Part shown: one piece after another, positions 39,020-48,703 of the stretch | How the letters are laid out: every line of letters begins with the position of its first letter | Numbering within the stretch: the stretch's first letter is position 1 | Assembly: GCA_030765205.1 (NCBI GenBank) | Contig: JAVCDB010000008.1 | Coordinates: 1 to 54,197 of the forward strand | Length of the DNA: 54,197 nt | DNA from: Candidatus Aadella gelida | GTDB lineage: Bacteria > Omnitrophota > Gorgyraeia > Tantalellales > Tantalellaceae | Direction of reading: 5' to 3' | Notes under the pieces: model-generated | The model's input: the letters and a program-made list of their open reading frames with translations, nothing else | Databases searched by the model: none | What the model was told of the DNA's origin: nothing | Position numbers and translations under genes: made by a program

Positions 39020-39799
39020 TCACTGCCCTAAAAGGGCTATCATCTCGTCATGTATAAGTCCATTGGTTGCCAGTAGTTGCTCATCGTAAATATCAAATTT
39101 ATCGCCACCGAAGCCCGTTACTTTTCCCCCGGTTTCTTTGACCATTAACTGTCCGGCAGCAGTGTCCCACGGAGAAAGATACATCTCCCAAAACCCGTCA
39201 AACCTACCGCATGCTACATAACAAAGATCTATAGCCGCCGATCCCGGCCGTCTAACTGCCTGGGCATTATTCATCATAGTTTTAAAATTTTTAAAATTTT
39301 CTTCTTTCTTTTTTTTATCATATGCAAATCCCGTTGAGATTAGGGATTCGTTAACCTTCTCGCAACCTGAAACCCGGATTGGATTACCATTGATTGTCGC
39401 TCCTTTACCCTTCTCTCCAACAAAAAGTTCTTTCCTAGTAGGATCATATACAGCTCCCACCGCGACCTCTCCGTCAATAGCAACTCCTATTGATACACAG
39501 AAAACAGGAAATCCGTGAGCAAAATTCGTTGTTCCGTCAATAGGGTCTATGATCCATTTAATACCGCTCTTATTCTCACTCATACCGCTCTCTTCAGCAA
39601 GTATGGAATGTTCCGGAAATTCTTTAGTGATCAGATCTATTATCATCTTTTCCGAAGCTTTATCCGCATCGGTTACAATATTATTTATACCGCCTTTATG
39701 CTTTATCTCTCTTATATTGCCTACACGACTAACAACGTATTCTCCGGCACTTTGAGCGGCCATAATAGCTACTTCTTTGATCTTTGTAAGGTTATCCAC
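39020..39799 (-). CDS. suhB: Inositol monophosphatase family protein
   Basis: WIIDPIDGTTNFAHG, RRPGSAAIDL, PWDTAAG. Confidence 0.92.
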   Translation of the reverse strand: MDNLTKIKEVAIMAAQSAGEYVVSRVGNIREIKHKGGINNIVTDADKASEKMIIDLITKEFPEHSILAEESGMSENKSGIKWIIDPIDGTTNFAHGFPVFCVSIGVAIDGEVAVGAVYDPTRKELFVGEKGKGATINGNPIRVSGCEKVNESLISTGFAYDKKKKEENFKNFKTMMNNAQAVRRPGSAAIDLCYVACGRFDGFWEMYLSPWDTAAGQLMVKETGGKVTGFGGDKFDIYDEQLLATNGLIHDEMIALLGQ

Positions 39800-39821
39800 A
39801 AATTTTCCTTTTTTTATTTTT

Positions 39822-40490
39822 TTAATTTTTCCCGCGGCATTTTGGTAGAATTATACATAGAGGACACTTTTCGCACAAGGGTTTTCTCTTTCCGCAGAAA
39901 TTTTTAGCCGTTTCCACTAAAAGAGCATGGAACTGATTGTACGTCCTCGCCTGTTTGGGCACACAGGAATGCACTACGCTCTGCACATCTTCATAAGAAG
40001 CTTCATCGTCCGTAATGCCATGCCTGGCAAATATCCTCTTTGTGTAAGCATCCACCACAAATACCGGTTTCCCGGCAGCATACAATAATATAGAGTCCGC
40101 TGTTTCAGGTCCCACACCATTAACAGATAAAAGCATCTTCCTTAATCTTTCAGACTTCATACTTTTCATGTTCTTTATACTTCCCTCAAAATTTTCAATG
40201 ATGAATTGTGCAATAGTCTTAAGTCTTCTCGCTTTCACTCTGTGGTATCCGGACGGCTTTATAAGCTGTGACAATTCCTCTAGTTTCACGTTCTTGACCG
40301 CGACAGGGTCGATCATATCTTTTTGTTTCAGACGTTCTATAGCCTTCTCAACATTCTTCCAAGAAGTGTTCTGCGTAAGAATAGCCCCTGTCACTACTTC
40401 AAAATCAGTTTCTGCCGGCCACCACCCAAGATCCCCAAAATGAGCCTCCAAGAGAGCATACATCCTATTAAGTGTCTTCTTAATATTCAT
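39822..40490 (-). CDS. Endonuclease III-like HhH-GPD protein
   Basis: GAILTQNTSW, GVGPETADSILLY, VVDAYT.RI, C-terminal Fe-S Cys cluster. Confidence 0.9.
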   Translation of the reverse strand: MNIKKTLNRMYALLEAHFGDLGWWPAETDFEVVTGAILTQNTSWKNVEKAIERLKQKDMIDPVAVKNVKLEELSQLIKPSGYHRVKARRLKTIAQFIIENFEGSIKNMKSMKSERLRKMLLSVNGVGPETADSILLYAAGKPVFVVDAYTKRIFARHGITDDEASYEDVQSVVHSCVPKQARTYNQFHALLVETAKNFCGKRKPLCEKCPLCIILPKCRGKN

Positions 40491-40492
40491 AC

Positions 40493-40584
40493 GGTGACCT
40501 GGTAACTGGTGACTACCCTTCGTCCCTCATCCTTCGTCTTTCTTCCCTCTATCTTCTACCTTCTTCCCTCTAATCTCTACCCTC
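40493..40584. repeat. 7-nt phased array
   Basis: GGTRACT units then 10 consecutive TC-ended heptamers (40515-40584). Confidence 0.85.
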
Positions 40585-41696
40585 TATCCCTCAAACTCCT
40601 CCCCCATCCGTATCCTCTCAGATATAGGAGGATGATCATAGAGAAACACTTTTCTGAGTTTTGAAGGATCTGTATCGGCAAGATTCATCTCTGCGAGTTT
40701 TTTCATCACAGAAACAAAGTTTTCACTATTATCGATCGCTTTTAGAGCAAACATATCTGCTTCTCGTTCAAGTATGCGCGAAAAAAGATTTTTCAGTGGC
40801 AATAGGATTATCCCCATTAGGAACATAATCCCGAAAAAATAAGGGAATATAATAGGATCATCCGCACCTGCTGCTCCGCTTTCTGTAACTATCCTGTTTA
40901 TCATGAGGTATGCCGCGTAAAAAACAAGAAAAGTCGATATCCCTGAGAACAAAAGGAGTTTATGTATATGCCGATATTTCAGGTGCCCGAACTCATGTGC
41001 TACAACAGCTTCTATCTCTTCATTTGTAAATTTTTCTTTCAGCGTATCAGAAATGATAACTTTACGTGTTTTTCCGAGCCCCACCAGAGCAGCATTGGCC
41101 TTACGTGTTTTCCGGCTGAGGTCGATAAGGCTGATGTCTTCGATATCTACACCCTCTCTATTAGATAGCTTAATTATCTTTTCCTTGAGAGATTCATCTT
41201 GCAAGGGTAAGTATTTATAGAACAGCGGTATGATAAATACCGGAAGAATGCGCGTTAATCCTACTGAGACCATTATCCAGGCTATTGCGCAAAACAGCCA
41301 CCATAATTGCTCAAAATTACGCAAAATAAAATATAGTCCCGCTATACACGCAAATGTCAGAAGAGACGATAATATTGTTGATTTTACTTCATCCTTTATC
41401 CAGTCAGAAAGAGACTGACGTGAAAGATCATAGGCATGTTCGATATAAAACGAACCGATCATTCTGAGAGGTAATTGAACCAGATAAAGATATGTGAAAA
41501 ACGCGGCGGCAAAAACAAGACGTACAGCGTAATAATTACTATACGCCTTTCCTGTAAAAGATGCTAAAGGGCCTGCGAACTGTATCTCGAAAACTATAAG
41601 GGCGCAGGTTACCAAGAGAAGGTTAACGAGAAATATTCTGCTTTTTACAAGTGCATATTTTTTTCTTCGTTTTGGGTCCCCTTCTCCTTCGTTCAT
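40584..41696 (-). CDS. M48 family Ste24-like membrane metalloprotease
   Basis: Multiple TMs, ANAALVGLGKTRKV, AHEFGH, EREAD, HPPISERI. Confidence 0.9.
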   Translation of the reverse strand: MNEGEGDPKRRKKYALVKSRIFLVNLLLVTCALIVFEIQFAGPLASFTGKAYSNYYAVRLVFAAAFFTYLYLVQLPLRMIGSFYIEHAYDLSRQSLSDWIKDEVKSTILSSLLTFACIAGLYFILRNFEQLWWLFCAIAWIMVSVGLTRILPVFIIPLFYKYLPLQDESLKEKIIKLSNREGVDIEDISLIDLSRKTRKANAALVGLGKTRKVIISDTLKEKFTNEEIEAVVAHEFGHLKYRHIHKLLLFSGISTFLVFYAAYLMINRIVTESGAAGADDPIIFPYFFGIMFLMGIILLPLKNLFSRILEREADMFALKAIDNSENFVSVMKKLAEMNLADTDPSKLRKVFLYDHPPISERIRMGEEFEG

Positions 41697-42712
41697 TTTT
41701 TCTTATCCACCTCAACCATAGCTTCCTTAGCCATCTTCCTAACTTTGGTGGATTCTGCCTCCAAGAGACCTTCTAAAACAGCTTTGTCGCTACTCGTACC
41801 CATTTTACCGATCGCGTATATTGAAGCCAATTTGACTGCCATGTACTCATTATCAAGCCGCCCCCTGGCTATCTCAAGAACTTTTCCGCTATTTCTGTCA
41901 GCCAATTCAATTATCGCTCTGGAAGATACCTCTGGATACATATTTTCTGTAACTTCGATTAACGCAGCTTCTGTATTACCTTCATTAATGTTACCTATCT
42001 CTTCTACAGCAGCTATCTTTATTTCCGGTACTGGGTCAGATGTCGTCCATATCAGAGTCTGCAAACAATCTGCTGAACCTATCTTACCTAACGCTCTTAC
42101 AAGTTCCATACGAACTTCGGGATCCGGGTCACTAACCAATTTAGAAAGTGAAGGAACGGCTTCTTTAGCCTTAAGTTTCCCGAGTGCTATTACTCCGAAT
42201 TTACGTATTCTTGGATCATAATCTTCAATAGCGCTGATAAATATATCTTTATCCTTTTCCCTTGCCATACTCGACATCGCTCTTACGGCATTGTACCTTA
42301 CATTAGGAGAAAAATCGCTTACCAGGAGCTTTCTTATCGCGTCTATAGACGAATCTTTTTTTCCTATAAATCCTAATGTCCTTGCCGCTTCCTGACGTAT
42401 TCTGTGGTTCTGATCCCGAAGAAGAAGTACGACTGTGTCTTCGGCGCCTTCATCTCCAGCAGTCGCCAAAACGCGGAGAGCCGCTATACGGGCAGCGTCA
42501 TTACCCTTTTTTTGCAGGATCGGTATCATATATTCCGTTACTTCAGGACCATAGCTGGAAAGTCGTCTTTGCGCATCCACTGCCTTTTTTCTGTCGTTGA
42601 GCTGCGAAACAAGTCTTTTAATCTTTGGATTACCTTTTGACATCTCCGCATACGAAAAAACGTGCACTGAAGATATAGCTATAACTATTAGCAATAACCA
42701 TGCTTTTTTCAT
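41693..42712 (-). CDS. Exported HEAT/PBS-lyase repeat protein
   Basis: Signal peptide; repeated D.dp.VR..A..ALG.IG units. Confidence 0.88.
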   Translation of the reverse strand: MKKAWLLLIVIAISSVHVFSYAEMSKGNPKIKRLVSQLNDRKKAVDAQRRLSSYGPEVTEYMIPILQKKGNDAARIAALRVLATAGDEGAEDTVVLLLRDQNHRIRQEAARTLGFIGKKDSSIDAIRKLLVSDFSPNVRYNAVRAMSSMAREKDKDIFISAIEDYDPRIRKFGVIALGKLKAKEAVPSLSKLVSDPDPEVRMELVRALGKIGSADCLQTLIWTTSDPVPEIKIAAVEEIGNINEGNTEAALIEVTENMYPEVSSRAIIELADRNSGKVLEIARGRLDNEYMAVKLASIYAIGKMGTSSDKAVLEGLLEAESTKVRKMAKEAMVEVDKKK

Positions 42713-42744
42713 AATACCGCCTCCAAGCCTTTTTGAGCACAAAC

Positions 42745-43083
42745 TTATTTCTTTTTTTTGGGTTTTTTAGAAATGCTATTAAGCTTCTTCTTTACTTTTT
42801 CCCCTTCACAATTTATTTTCTCTATCTTCTTTTTGAATTTATCCAGGTTTTCAGCAGTTAATGACCCTTTTGAAAGCTCCTTCGCTACATATTTTCCTAT
42901 TTCATGATACAGTTTTTCTTTCTGGAGATTTTTCATCTGTATCTCTACATGTACTTGAGCCACCTTATACATCTTAGCTACATCTTCTTCCGCGGCTTTC
43001 AGAGCCCTTGACAACTGTTCCCCGGTCTTTTTGACCAAAGGCTGGTACTTCTTAACTAATTTATCCATCTCTTTTTTTTCCAT
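42745..43083 (-). CDS. Hypothetical basic coiled-coil protein
   Basis: AGGAGG SD, helical Lys-rich ORF in operon. Confidence 0.7.
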   Translation of the reverse strand: MEKKEMDKLVKKYQPLVKKTGEQLSRALKAAEEDVAKMYKVAQVHVEIQMKNLQKEKLYHEIGKYVAKELSKGSLTAENLDKFKKKIEKINCEGEKVKKKLNSISKKPKKKK

Positions 43084-43117
43084 GCTATCCTCCTTAAATT
43101 GTTATTTAAATATCAGA

Positions 43118-43909
43118 TCAAAAGAATTCTTCTTTATTGAACCTAGCTTTACATATGCCTCTTTTAGAGTCCTCTATAAACTGGATAAGATGAGCGATTT
43201 CAGAAGAGGAGGCTCTTTTCTTTATTTCAGTAATGGCATCTTTTGTGGCCATTTCAGAAAGAAAAAGGTCTTTATAGGCATCCTTGATCTCCCGAATTAC
43301 TTCTCGCTTTAAACCGGCTCGTCTTAAACCCACAAGATTGATGCCTCGTATAACCGAAGGACCTCTTACCAGCATAAAAGGCGGAACGTCCTTATTGACG
43401 CCTGTAAAACCTCCGATCATAGCGAGCCTGCCTACACGGCAAAACTGATGAAATACTACATTACCCGAAATAAAGGCTCCATCTTCCACTAAAACATGAC
43501 CCGCCAAAAGAGCGCCGTTAGCTATGATAACGTTATTTCCTATGACACAATTGTGTCCTAGATGCGACTGTACCATTAAAAAATTGTTATCACCGACAAC
43601 TGTCTCTGACCCTTCGTCCGTGCCTCTGTGTATAGTAACGTTCTCTCTTATAACATTGTTCTTACCTATCACTGTACGGGTTGGAGCGCCTTTATAGGAA
43701 AGGTCCTGAGGTTCGTTACCTATTACCGCTCCCTGATGTATAACGGTATTTTCACCTACTTCCGTTCCTTTATGTATATATGCGTTCGCGAGTATTTTTA
43801 CTCCCGCATGAAGCCGTGCCCCTGGTTCGATAACAGCGCCCGGTCCAATTTCCACTGTAGGATCTATCTCGGCATCTCCTGAAACTATAGCCCTTTTATC
43901 TATACTCAT
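43118..43909 (-). CDS. lpxA: Acyl-ACP--UDP-N-acetylglucosamine O-acyltransferase
   Basis: Hexapeptide repeats, PQDL.Y.G, RENVTIHRGT, SHLGHNC, HQF, KDVPPF, INLVGLRR. Confidence 0.92.
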   Translation of the reverse strand: MSIDKRAIVSGDAEIDPTVEIGPGAVIEPGARLHAGVKILANAYIHKGTEVGENTVIHQGAVIGNEPQDLSYKGAPTRTVIGKNNVIRENVTIHRGTDEGSETVVGDNNFLMVQSHLGHNCVIGNNVIIANGALLAGHVLVEDGAFISGNVVFHQFCRVGRLAMIGGFTGVNKDVPPFMLVRGPSVIRGINLVGLRRAGLKREVIREIKDAYKDLFLSEMATKDAITEIKKRASSSEIAHLIQFIEDSKRGICKARFNKEEFF

Positions 43910-44266
43910 CTAGCTTCCTTTCTTTCCTTCGAGCTGTGATACCAAGTCATTTATAACTCCGGCTATGGGCGCCAAATCATGATCTCTGTTTATTTTTAAT
44001 CTTACCGAATAATCGCCTTCATCTATTTGCTGGATATCTTCTTCCAGCCTTTCGAGCGGTGCGATAAACCGGAATGAGAGTATTACCGCCCAGGTCAGAA
44101 GAACAAAAAAGACCACCGGAAGACCTATCATTAAAATAGCGTTAATGCTCTGTATAACAGGCATGAGATCTCTAGCTATCATGTCCGGGAGAGCCAGTCT
44201 CTCGGCCATGACTGTGAAAATGAAATAATATAGGCATCCACCTACAACTACAGTAGGTATTATCAT
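43910..44266 (-). CDS. Small two-TM HAMP domain protein (true start probably further upstream)
   Basis: TM-TM then PLERLE...GDYSVRL...DLAPIA..IN HAMP pattern; frame open upstream to 44332. Confidence 0.75.
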   Translation of the reverse strand: MIIPTVVVGGCLYYFIFTVMAERLALPDMIARDLMPVIQSINAILMIGLPVVFFVLLTWAVILSFRFIAPLERLEEDIQQIDEGDYSVRLKINRDHDLAPIAGVINDLVSQLEGKKGS

Positions 44267-44310
44267 AGAAAGGATAAGTATAAAAAGGTATTTAGATTGC
44301 AGGGATCTGT

Positions 44311-45054
44311 TTAAATATCTGATGACTCCTCCTTACGTTCATCGCCCAAATAACCTAGCTCAATATCAGTATAGTACGCAACGGCTCCCGAATCAGTACT
44401 GTCAGAATCCGTCATGAAAGATACCGCCATTACGTCTTTTTTGGGTTCAGCCCCGAATAGGTTCTTATAATCCAGGTTTATGTCTCTCTGTTCCCTCTTC
44501 CAAACTCCGGGTTCGCCCGACTCTAGAACTATAACTTTAACGTTCTTTGTATAAGGACTGTCACAGGCCGTCCCGCTAGCTATATCCTTAGACCATACAT
44601 ATTGTATAGCTTTCGCGCTGGGGAGAAATCTGGCATAAAAAACAACATAAACTTGCGCGGCAAAATCAAACTGTTCCTTCTTCGCAAGATTATCTTCTTT
44701 GTCCGTATCCGGAAATTCCTCAACAAGCCAATCCCAGCTTATAAAAGGATTGTTTCCGCGAGATAGCCTTTTTTTGTAGAACATAGTGGACGCAGAATCC
44801 TCACTTACAGCTTTCACGCAAAAGCGGCCCTCACGCTGCATCGTTTCATATCCGGTCCTCTCTCGTGACAGTATTTTCTCCTGCCATTCGTCCATTTCAT
44901 CAGGACTGGAAAACGAAAACCTCTCTAATATTTTGCTTTTTCCTATATCTAAAGGCCTTTTCGTCCTATAAAAATAATAGGCTCCGATAATGATCGCTGC
45001 CATCAGAAAGGCTATAAGGGAAACCGCAAAAAGATGTACTCCACGTCTTTTCAC
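44311..45054 (-). CDS. DUF3047 domain protein
   Basis: N-terminal TM; ISWDW.V, DFAAQVYVVF, AIQYVWS, SPYT, D...LFG.EP, FMTDSD. Confidence 0.85.
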   Translation of the reverse strand: MKRRGVHLFAVSLIAFLMAAIIIGAYYFYRTKRPLDIGKSKILERFSFSSPDEMDEWQEKILSRERTGYETMQREGRFCVKAVSEDSASTMFYKKRLSRGNNPFISWDWLVEEFPDTDKEDNLAKKEQFDFAAQVYVVFYARFLPSAKAIQYVWSKDIASGTACDSPYTKNVKVIVLESGEPGVWKREQRDINLDYKNLFGAEPKKDVMAVSFMTDSDSTDSGAVAYYTDIELGYLGDERKEESSDI

Positions 45055-45069
45055 TTATTATACCTTCCC

Positions 45070-45408
45070 CTATATCTTTAAATTTTCCGCCCAATCACCT
45101 ATTATAGGCATCTTCCATTTCCTGCCCATAAGCACCTGAACTATGGCCGCAAGAGAAAGAATACCGCAAATAAGCATACCAAGAGTATAAATTATCGTAC
45201 CGAATATAGGGAGTACGCCTACTATCCATATCCCAACCTCTAGGATAAATAGCATTAGACCCTGACGAGCATGAAATTTAATAAATTCATTCTCTTTCTT
45301 CATAAGGATGGGAACTAAACAGAAAACCGAAAGATATGACAGTGCGCTGTAAAGGTTATTTTCCGCATCTTTTGAAGATGCGACCTTCTTATCTTGTTCT
45401 TCTACCAT
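45070..45408 (-). CDS. DUF4870-like small membrane protein
   Basis: ALSYL...FIKFHARQG, KMPIIG motifs; 3 TM. Confidence 0.8.
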   Translation of the reverse strand: MVEEQDKKVASSKDAENNLYSALSYLSVFCLVPILMKKENEFIKFHARQGLMLFILEVGIWIVGVLPIFGTIIYTLGMLICGILSLAAIVQVLMGRKWKMPIIGDWAENLKI

Positions 45409-45547
45409 GAGAGCCTCCGTTCGTTAAAATTCCATCAACTAAATTTAGATTATATTTTAGTCTATATATAATAAAAGTCAATAGGTTAGTGTCTTGAATG
45501 TATCATTGCGCCTGCCCTTGGTGAAGGCGGGAGAAGTAGTGCGAAAT

Positions 45548-45575
45548 AGTAGACGGGGTTTAAACCCCGTCTACT
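45548..45575. repeat. GTAG-type REP, perfect 28-bp palindrome
   Basis: AGTAGACGGGGTTT|AAACCCCGTCTACT. Confidence 0.8.
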
Positions 45576-45603
45576 TAAGGGTAACCTGAATTTCTCAACA
45601 CAT

Positions 45604-45639
45604 AAAAAAGCCCCGATCCGTTTTACCGGATCGGGGCTT
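45604..45639 (-). terminator. Intrinsic terminator of the beta-barrel gene
   Basis: GCCCCGATCCG/CGGATCGGGGC stem with U6 tract on the minus strand. Confidence 0.9.
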
Positions 45640-45668
45640 AATAGTCTCAAGCTCTATGCTTTATACAC

Positions 45669-47114
45669 TTAGAAGCTTAAGCTCACAGTACCAACAACAT
45701 CTGTTGCTATGTCGTCGAGCGGATCAACAAAATGATTACCCGGGATGAACCATCCGGCCAAAAGACCGAACTGTACATCTTCCGTGTAATCCCATGTGAG
45801 CTGGAGATCAATTTCGTCTCCAATATTTTTGTTAGAAGTAGCAGCACTAAACTGTTCTGCTAACCAGAAATGACCGTAAGAAGCATCGAATGTCAAGCTA
45901 TCTGTCGGTTCCAGTGTACCTCTTAGGAGAACCTGGTGCTGGTTAGTGTAAGAAGGACTGCTTGCCTGTGCTGTTGTATAGTATACGTTCTGGAATTCAC
46001 GAATAGCGGTATCAAATTTACCTCTAAACATCGGATCCCAACCTTCATAGTCACCGGTTGTTGCAGCGGTGTCTGTACCTAGGTTATCGTCACCTGAATA
46101 GAATATGTATTCCAGGCCGAGTACAGGTTTCCACGCAAAGTCATCCTGCCAGTAGCGGCATTCTAGTAAAGCGTCAAACGCCCATCCTTGTCGGTCTCTT
46201 TCATTTTGCTGATTTGCCAGCATGTATGCGCCACCCTGATAAGCACCTTCAAGAGCTATTGTCCAGTCTTCGATCGGATCGAAGCTACCGCGCATACCGA
46301 ATGTATGAACGTCGTTACTGTCGTTACCGATTGATGCGAGATCTATACCGTTTACGCCTGTGCCGCCCGGATTCCTTGATTCTTTCCAGAACCAGTATGC
46401 TTCGGCTTCCGCATTGTAGTCGTCAAATAGATAACCGACATTTACACCGTAAAGATTGACATCATCATTAGATCTTCTGGCATTCTCTGCTATCTTCGAA
46501 TAAACAGCGTCGATAGTCCAGGGATAATAATCAAGTGTCGCGCGGATCGCGTCAAAAGATGTGACAGCTGTATACTCATCTGCATAAAGACTGTTCTGAT
46601 TGTCCTGAAGCTGTGCTCCAATGATGAAACCTTTACCGAACCAAAGATCCTGTTTACCAATTTTCAATGTAAGCGGTGAATACAGGAATTCTTTCAGTTC
46701 TATGTAAGCAAGATCAACATCAACATTGAACGCATTGGCTCCTGTAATAGCAGGATTTGTTACCGTACCATTAGCATCAATTCTCCTGAGTTCGCCCGCG
46801 TTCGCAGTACCATTACTCGTATAGTTAAGGTCGCCCCATACTCTCTGGTTCACAAGACGGATAACACCGGAAACATTGTCTGTAAGATCAGCATCTACCT
46901 GTATCTCGGCGGTGCTTGTAAGATATGTCGCCCAGTCCGAATTTTCTGTGCCGGCTGCAGCGGGGATATCATTACTGTCCAGGTCATAATTATTTCTTGC
47001 CATACCACGCATTGTGATATCGCCGCTTACTTTCACACTCTGCGTTTCAGCAAATGCAGCAGTCGAAACCGCAAACATAAGTGCTATAACGCACATAACT
47101 TTCAATAACTTCAT
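45669..47114 (-). CDS. Outer-membrane beta-barrel, alginate-export (AlgE-like) family
   Basis: Signal peptide, LAYIEL..LTLKIGKQDL.FG, SFDAIRA, IGDEIDL, C-terminal Phe (VSLSF). Confidence 0.8.
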   Translation of the reverse strand: MKLLKVMCVIALMFAVSTAAFAETQSVKVSGDITMRGMARNNYDLDSNDIPAAAGTENSDWATYLTSTAEIQVDADLTDNVSGVIRLVNQRVWGDLNYTSNGTANAGELRRIDANGTVTNPAITGANAFNVDVDLAYIELKEFLYSPLTLKIGKQDLWFGKGFIIGAQLQDNQNSLYADEYTAVTSFDAIRATLDYYPWTIDAVYSKIAENARRSNDDVNLYGVNVGYLFDDYNAEAEAYWFWKESRNPGGTGVNGIDLASIGNDSNDVHTFGMRGSFDPIEDWTIALEGAYQGGAYMLANQQNERDRQGWAFDALLECRYWQDDFAWKPVLGLEYIFYSGDDNLGTDTAATTGDYEGWDPMFRGKFDTAIREFQNVYYTTAQASSPSYTNQHQVLLRGTLEPTDSLTFDASYGHFWLAEQFSAATSNKNIGDEIDLQLTWDYTEDVQFGLLAGWFIPGNHFVDPLDDIATDVVGTVSLSF

Positions 47115-47364
47115 CTTACCTCCTTAAGGCAAAATTTATAAAACAATTCTAATTATTTAAACGAACGGATAATTTCCCGTTCTTTGTTTCTCTATATAGG
47201 TATCGCCTATAAGTCGCAGTCCCGGCAGTGATTATTCAAAAATTTATTTCCTCCCCCCTTTCTTTGCCTGATTAGGTACTGCTCCGGCGGTACTGACCGC
47301 TATTCTCATATCAAATAACAACAACACCCTTACTTTTTTCAAAGTAAGAGCAAAATCTGTTTGA

Positions 47365-47392
47365 AGTATATCATGTAACAGGCTTATGTCAA
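47365..47392 (-). promoter_or_regulatory. Strong sigma70-type promoter giving an about 240-nt leader
   Basis: TTGACA-N16-TATACT with extended -10 TG. Confidence 0.7.
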
Positions 47393-47426
47393 GTTTTGAC
47401 ATTTGAATAAAACGATGTTAAGAGAA

Positions 47427-48077
47427 CTAAACTTTAAGCTTTTTTAGTATGTTTTCCGAGTTCTGTAATATCTTCTCTATTTCCTCTCTTGAACCTGTCA
47501 ATTCGCCCAGAACTAGGTCAATTTTCTCTTGTGACATAAGATCCTCCGGAGTATGGGCATCCGTATTAAACACCAATTTTGCTCCGGATATAGCAGCTGT
47601 ATCAAATACATGCCTATTCCCGCCTGAATGTCCGGTACGAGCGGTAATCTCAAGATATACCCCTTTTTGCGCCGCGAGTTTCGCATCAGATGAACTTATC
47701 TTTCCGGGGTGCGCAAGGATATCAACTCCGGCTTCTATTGCCGCTCGGTTGGTGCCTTCAAGAACCGGCTCAACCGGTGACTCCCCGTGACCTACCACAA
47801 TAAGCGCTCCTTTTCGACGCGCGCGTTTTACAAGTCCTGCATAACTCTCAAGCGGCACATGAGTGATCTCAACCCCGGGTATCACCTTTATGCCCCAGTA
47901 TCTGTTTATCACTTTCGCGGCCCGTACTATGCCGGGGATCACAATATCTATATTCGAGTGATCAACATGATCGGTCATCGCAATAGCCTTATATCCGGCA
48001 CATTCCGCCCTCCGAGCAAGTTCACTGGGAATAAGCGCCCCATCACTGAATAAAGTATGAGTATGAAGATCAATCAC
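47427..48077 (-). CDS. PHP domain phosphatase (histidinol-phosphatase-like)
   Basis: DLHTHT..SDG, TDH, PGVEITH, LAHPG, NTDAH; GTG start overlaps upstream TAG. Confidence 0.88.
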   Translation of the reverse strand: MIDLHTHTLFSDGALIPSELARRAECAGYKAIAMTDHVDHSNIDIVIPGIVRAAKVINRYWGIKVIPGVEITHVPLESYAGLVKRARRKGALIVVGHGESPVEPVLEGTNRAAIEAGVDILAHPGKISSSDAKLAAQKGVYLEITARTGHSGGNRHVFDTAAISGAKLVFNTDAHTPEDLMSQEKIDLVLGELTGSREEIEKILQNSENILKKLKV

Positions 48078-48703
48078 TATAATACCCCCAATTTCTTTCT
48101 GGCGTTTTCTAACCACTTATTTAGTTCCGAAGAGAATCTTGTCAGATTTCTCTTATCGGATAAAGTGTATGCACTTGTTTTTTCTTTAAAAAACTTTTCT
48201 CTCTCGGAAATGGTATCATGCACAAACTCTTCCAGCGGCTTAACTGCTAGCGCGGTATTTGATAATCCGTCCCATGCAAAGTTCACCGAAAATCCTAACC
48301 TGCTCAACTCATCATCCCATGTGGCGTCCAGAAGTATCCATTTTGTTCCGATGAATGCTTTACAGGCTAGATGATATGTTATCGGCAATTTTTCGGCTAG
48401 AGCCTCTAGTTCCTTATTCTGCGACGCCGCAGTATCTTTCCACAGGAATGCATAAGTATGATACCGTACCCGTATCCCGAGCTTACCATAAAGATCTCCC
48501 AAGAAATAATGTTTAGGGGTGCAAAAACCTCTGTTTTCTTCAAGCATCAGCCCCGGCCCTTTTTCTGGATCAAAATGTCCTGGAACTATGCAGTAAGGAA
48601 TACTTCGGATATTATTAAAAACATTTATCCTTTTTTCTTCCTCGGAAAGGCCTGATGTCCATTTCTCAAAAACGTTGTCTATTTTATTAGATACACTTTT
48701 CAC
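48077..48703 (-). CDS. Transglutaminase-like fold protein
   Basis: [21 protein letters not shown] putative Cys-His-Asp triad. Confidence 0.7.
   Translation of the reverse strand: MKSVSNKIDNVFEKWTSGLSEEEKRINVFNNIRSIPYCIVPGHFDPEKGPGLMLEENRGFCTPKHYFLGDLYGKLGIRVRYHTYAFLWKDTAASQNKELEALAEKLPITYHLACKAFIGTKWILLDATWDDELSRLGFSVNFAWDGLSNTALAVKPLEEFVHDTISEREKFFKEKTSAYTLSDKRNLTRFSSELNKWLENARKKLGVL

Noticed and set aside
45669-47114. Alginate biosynthesis locus
   Set aside because: Only an AlgE-like barrel, monocistronic, with no alg polymerase or modification genes
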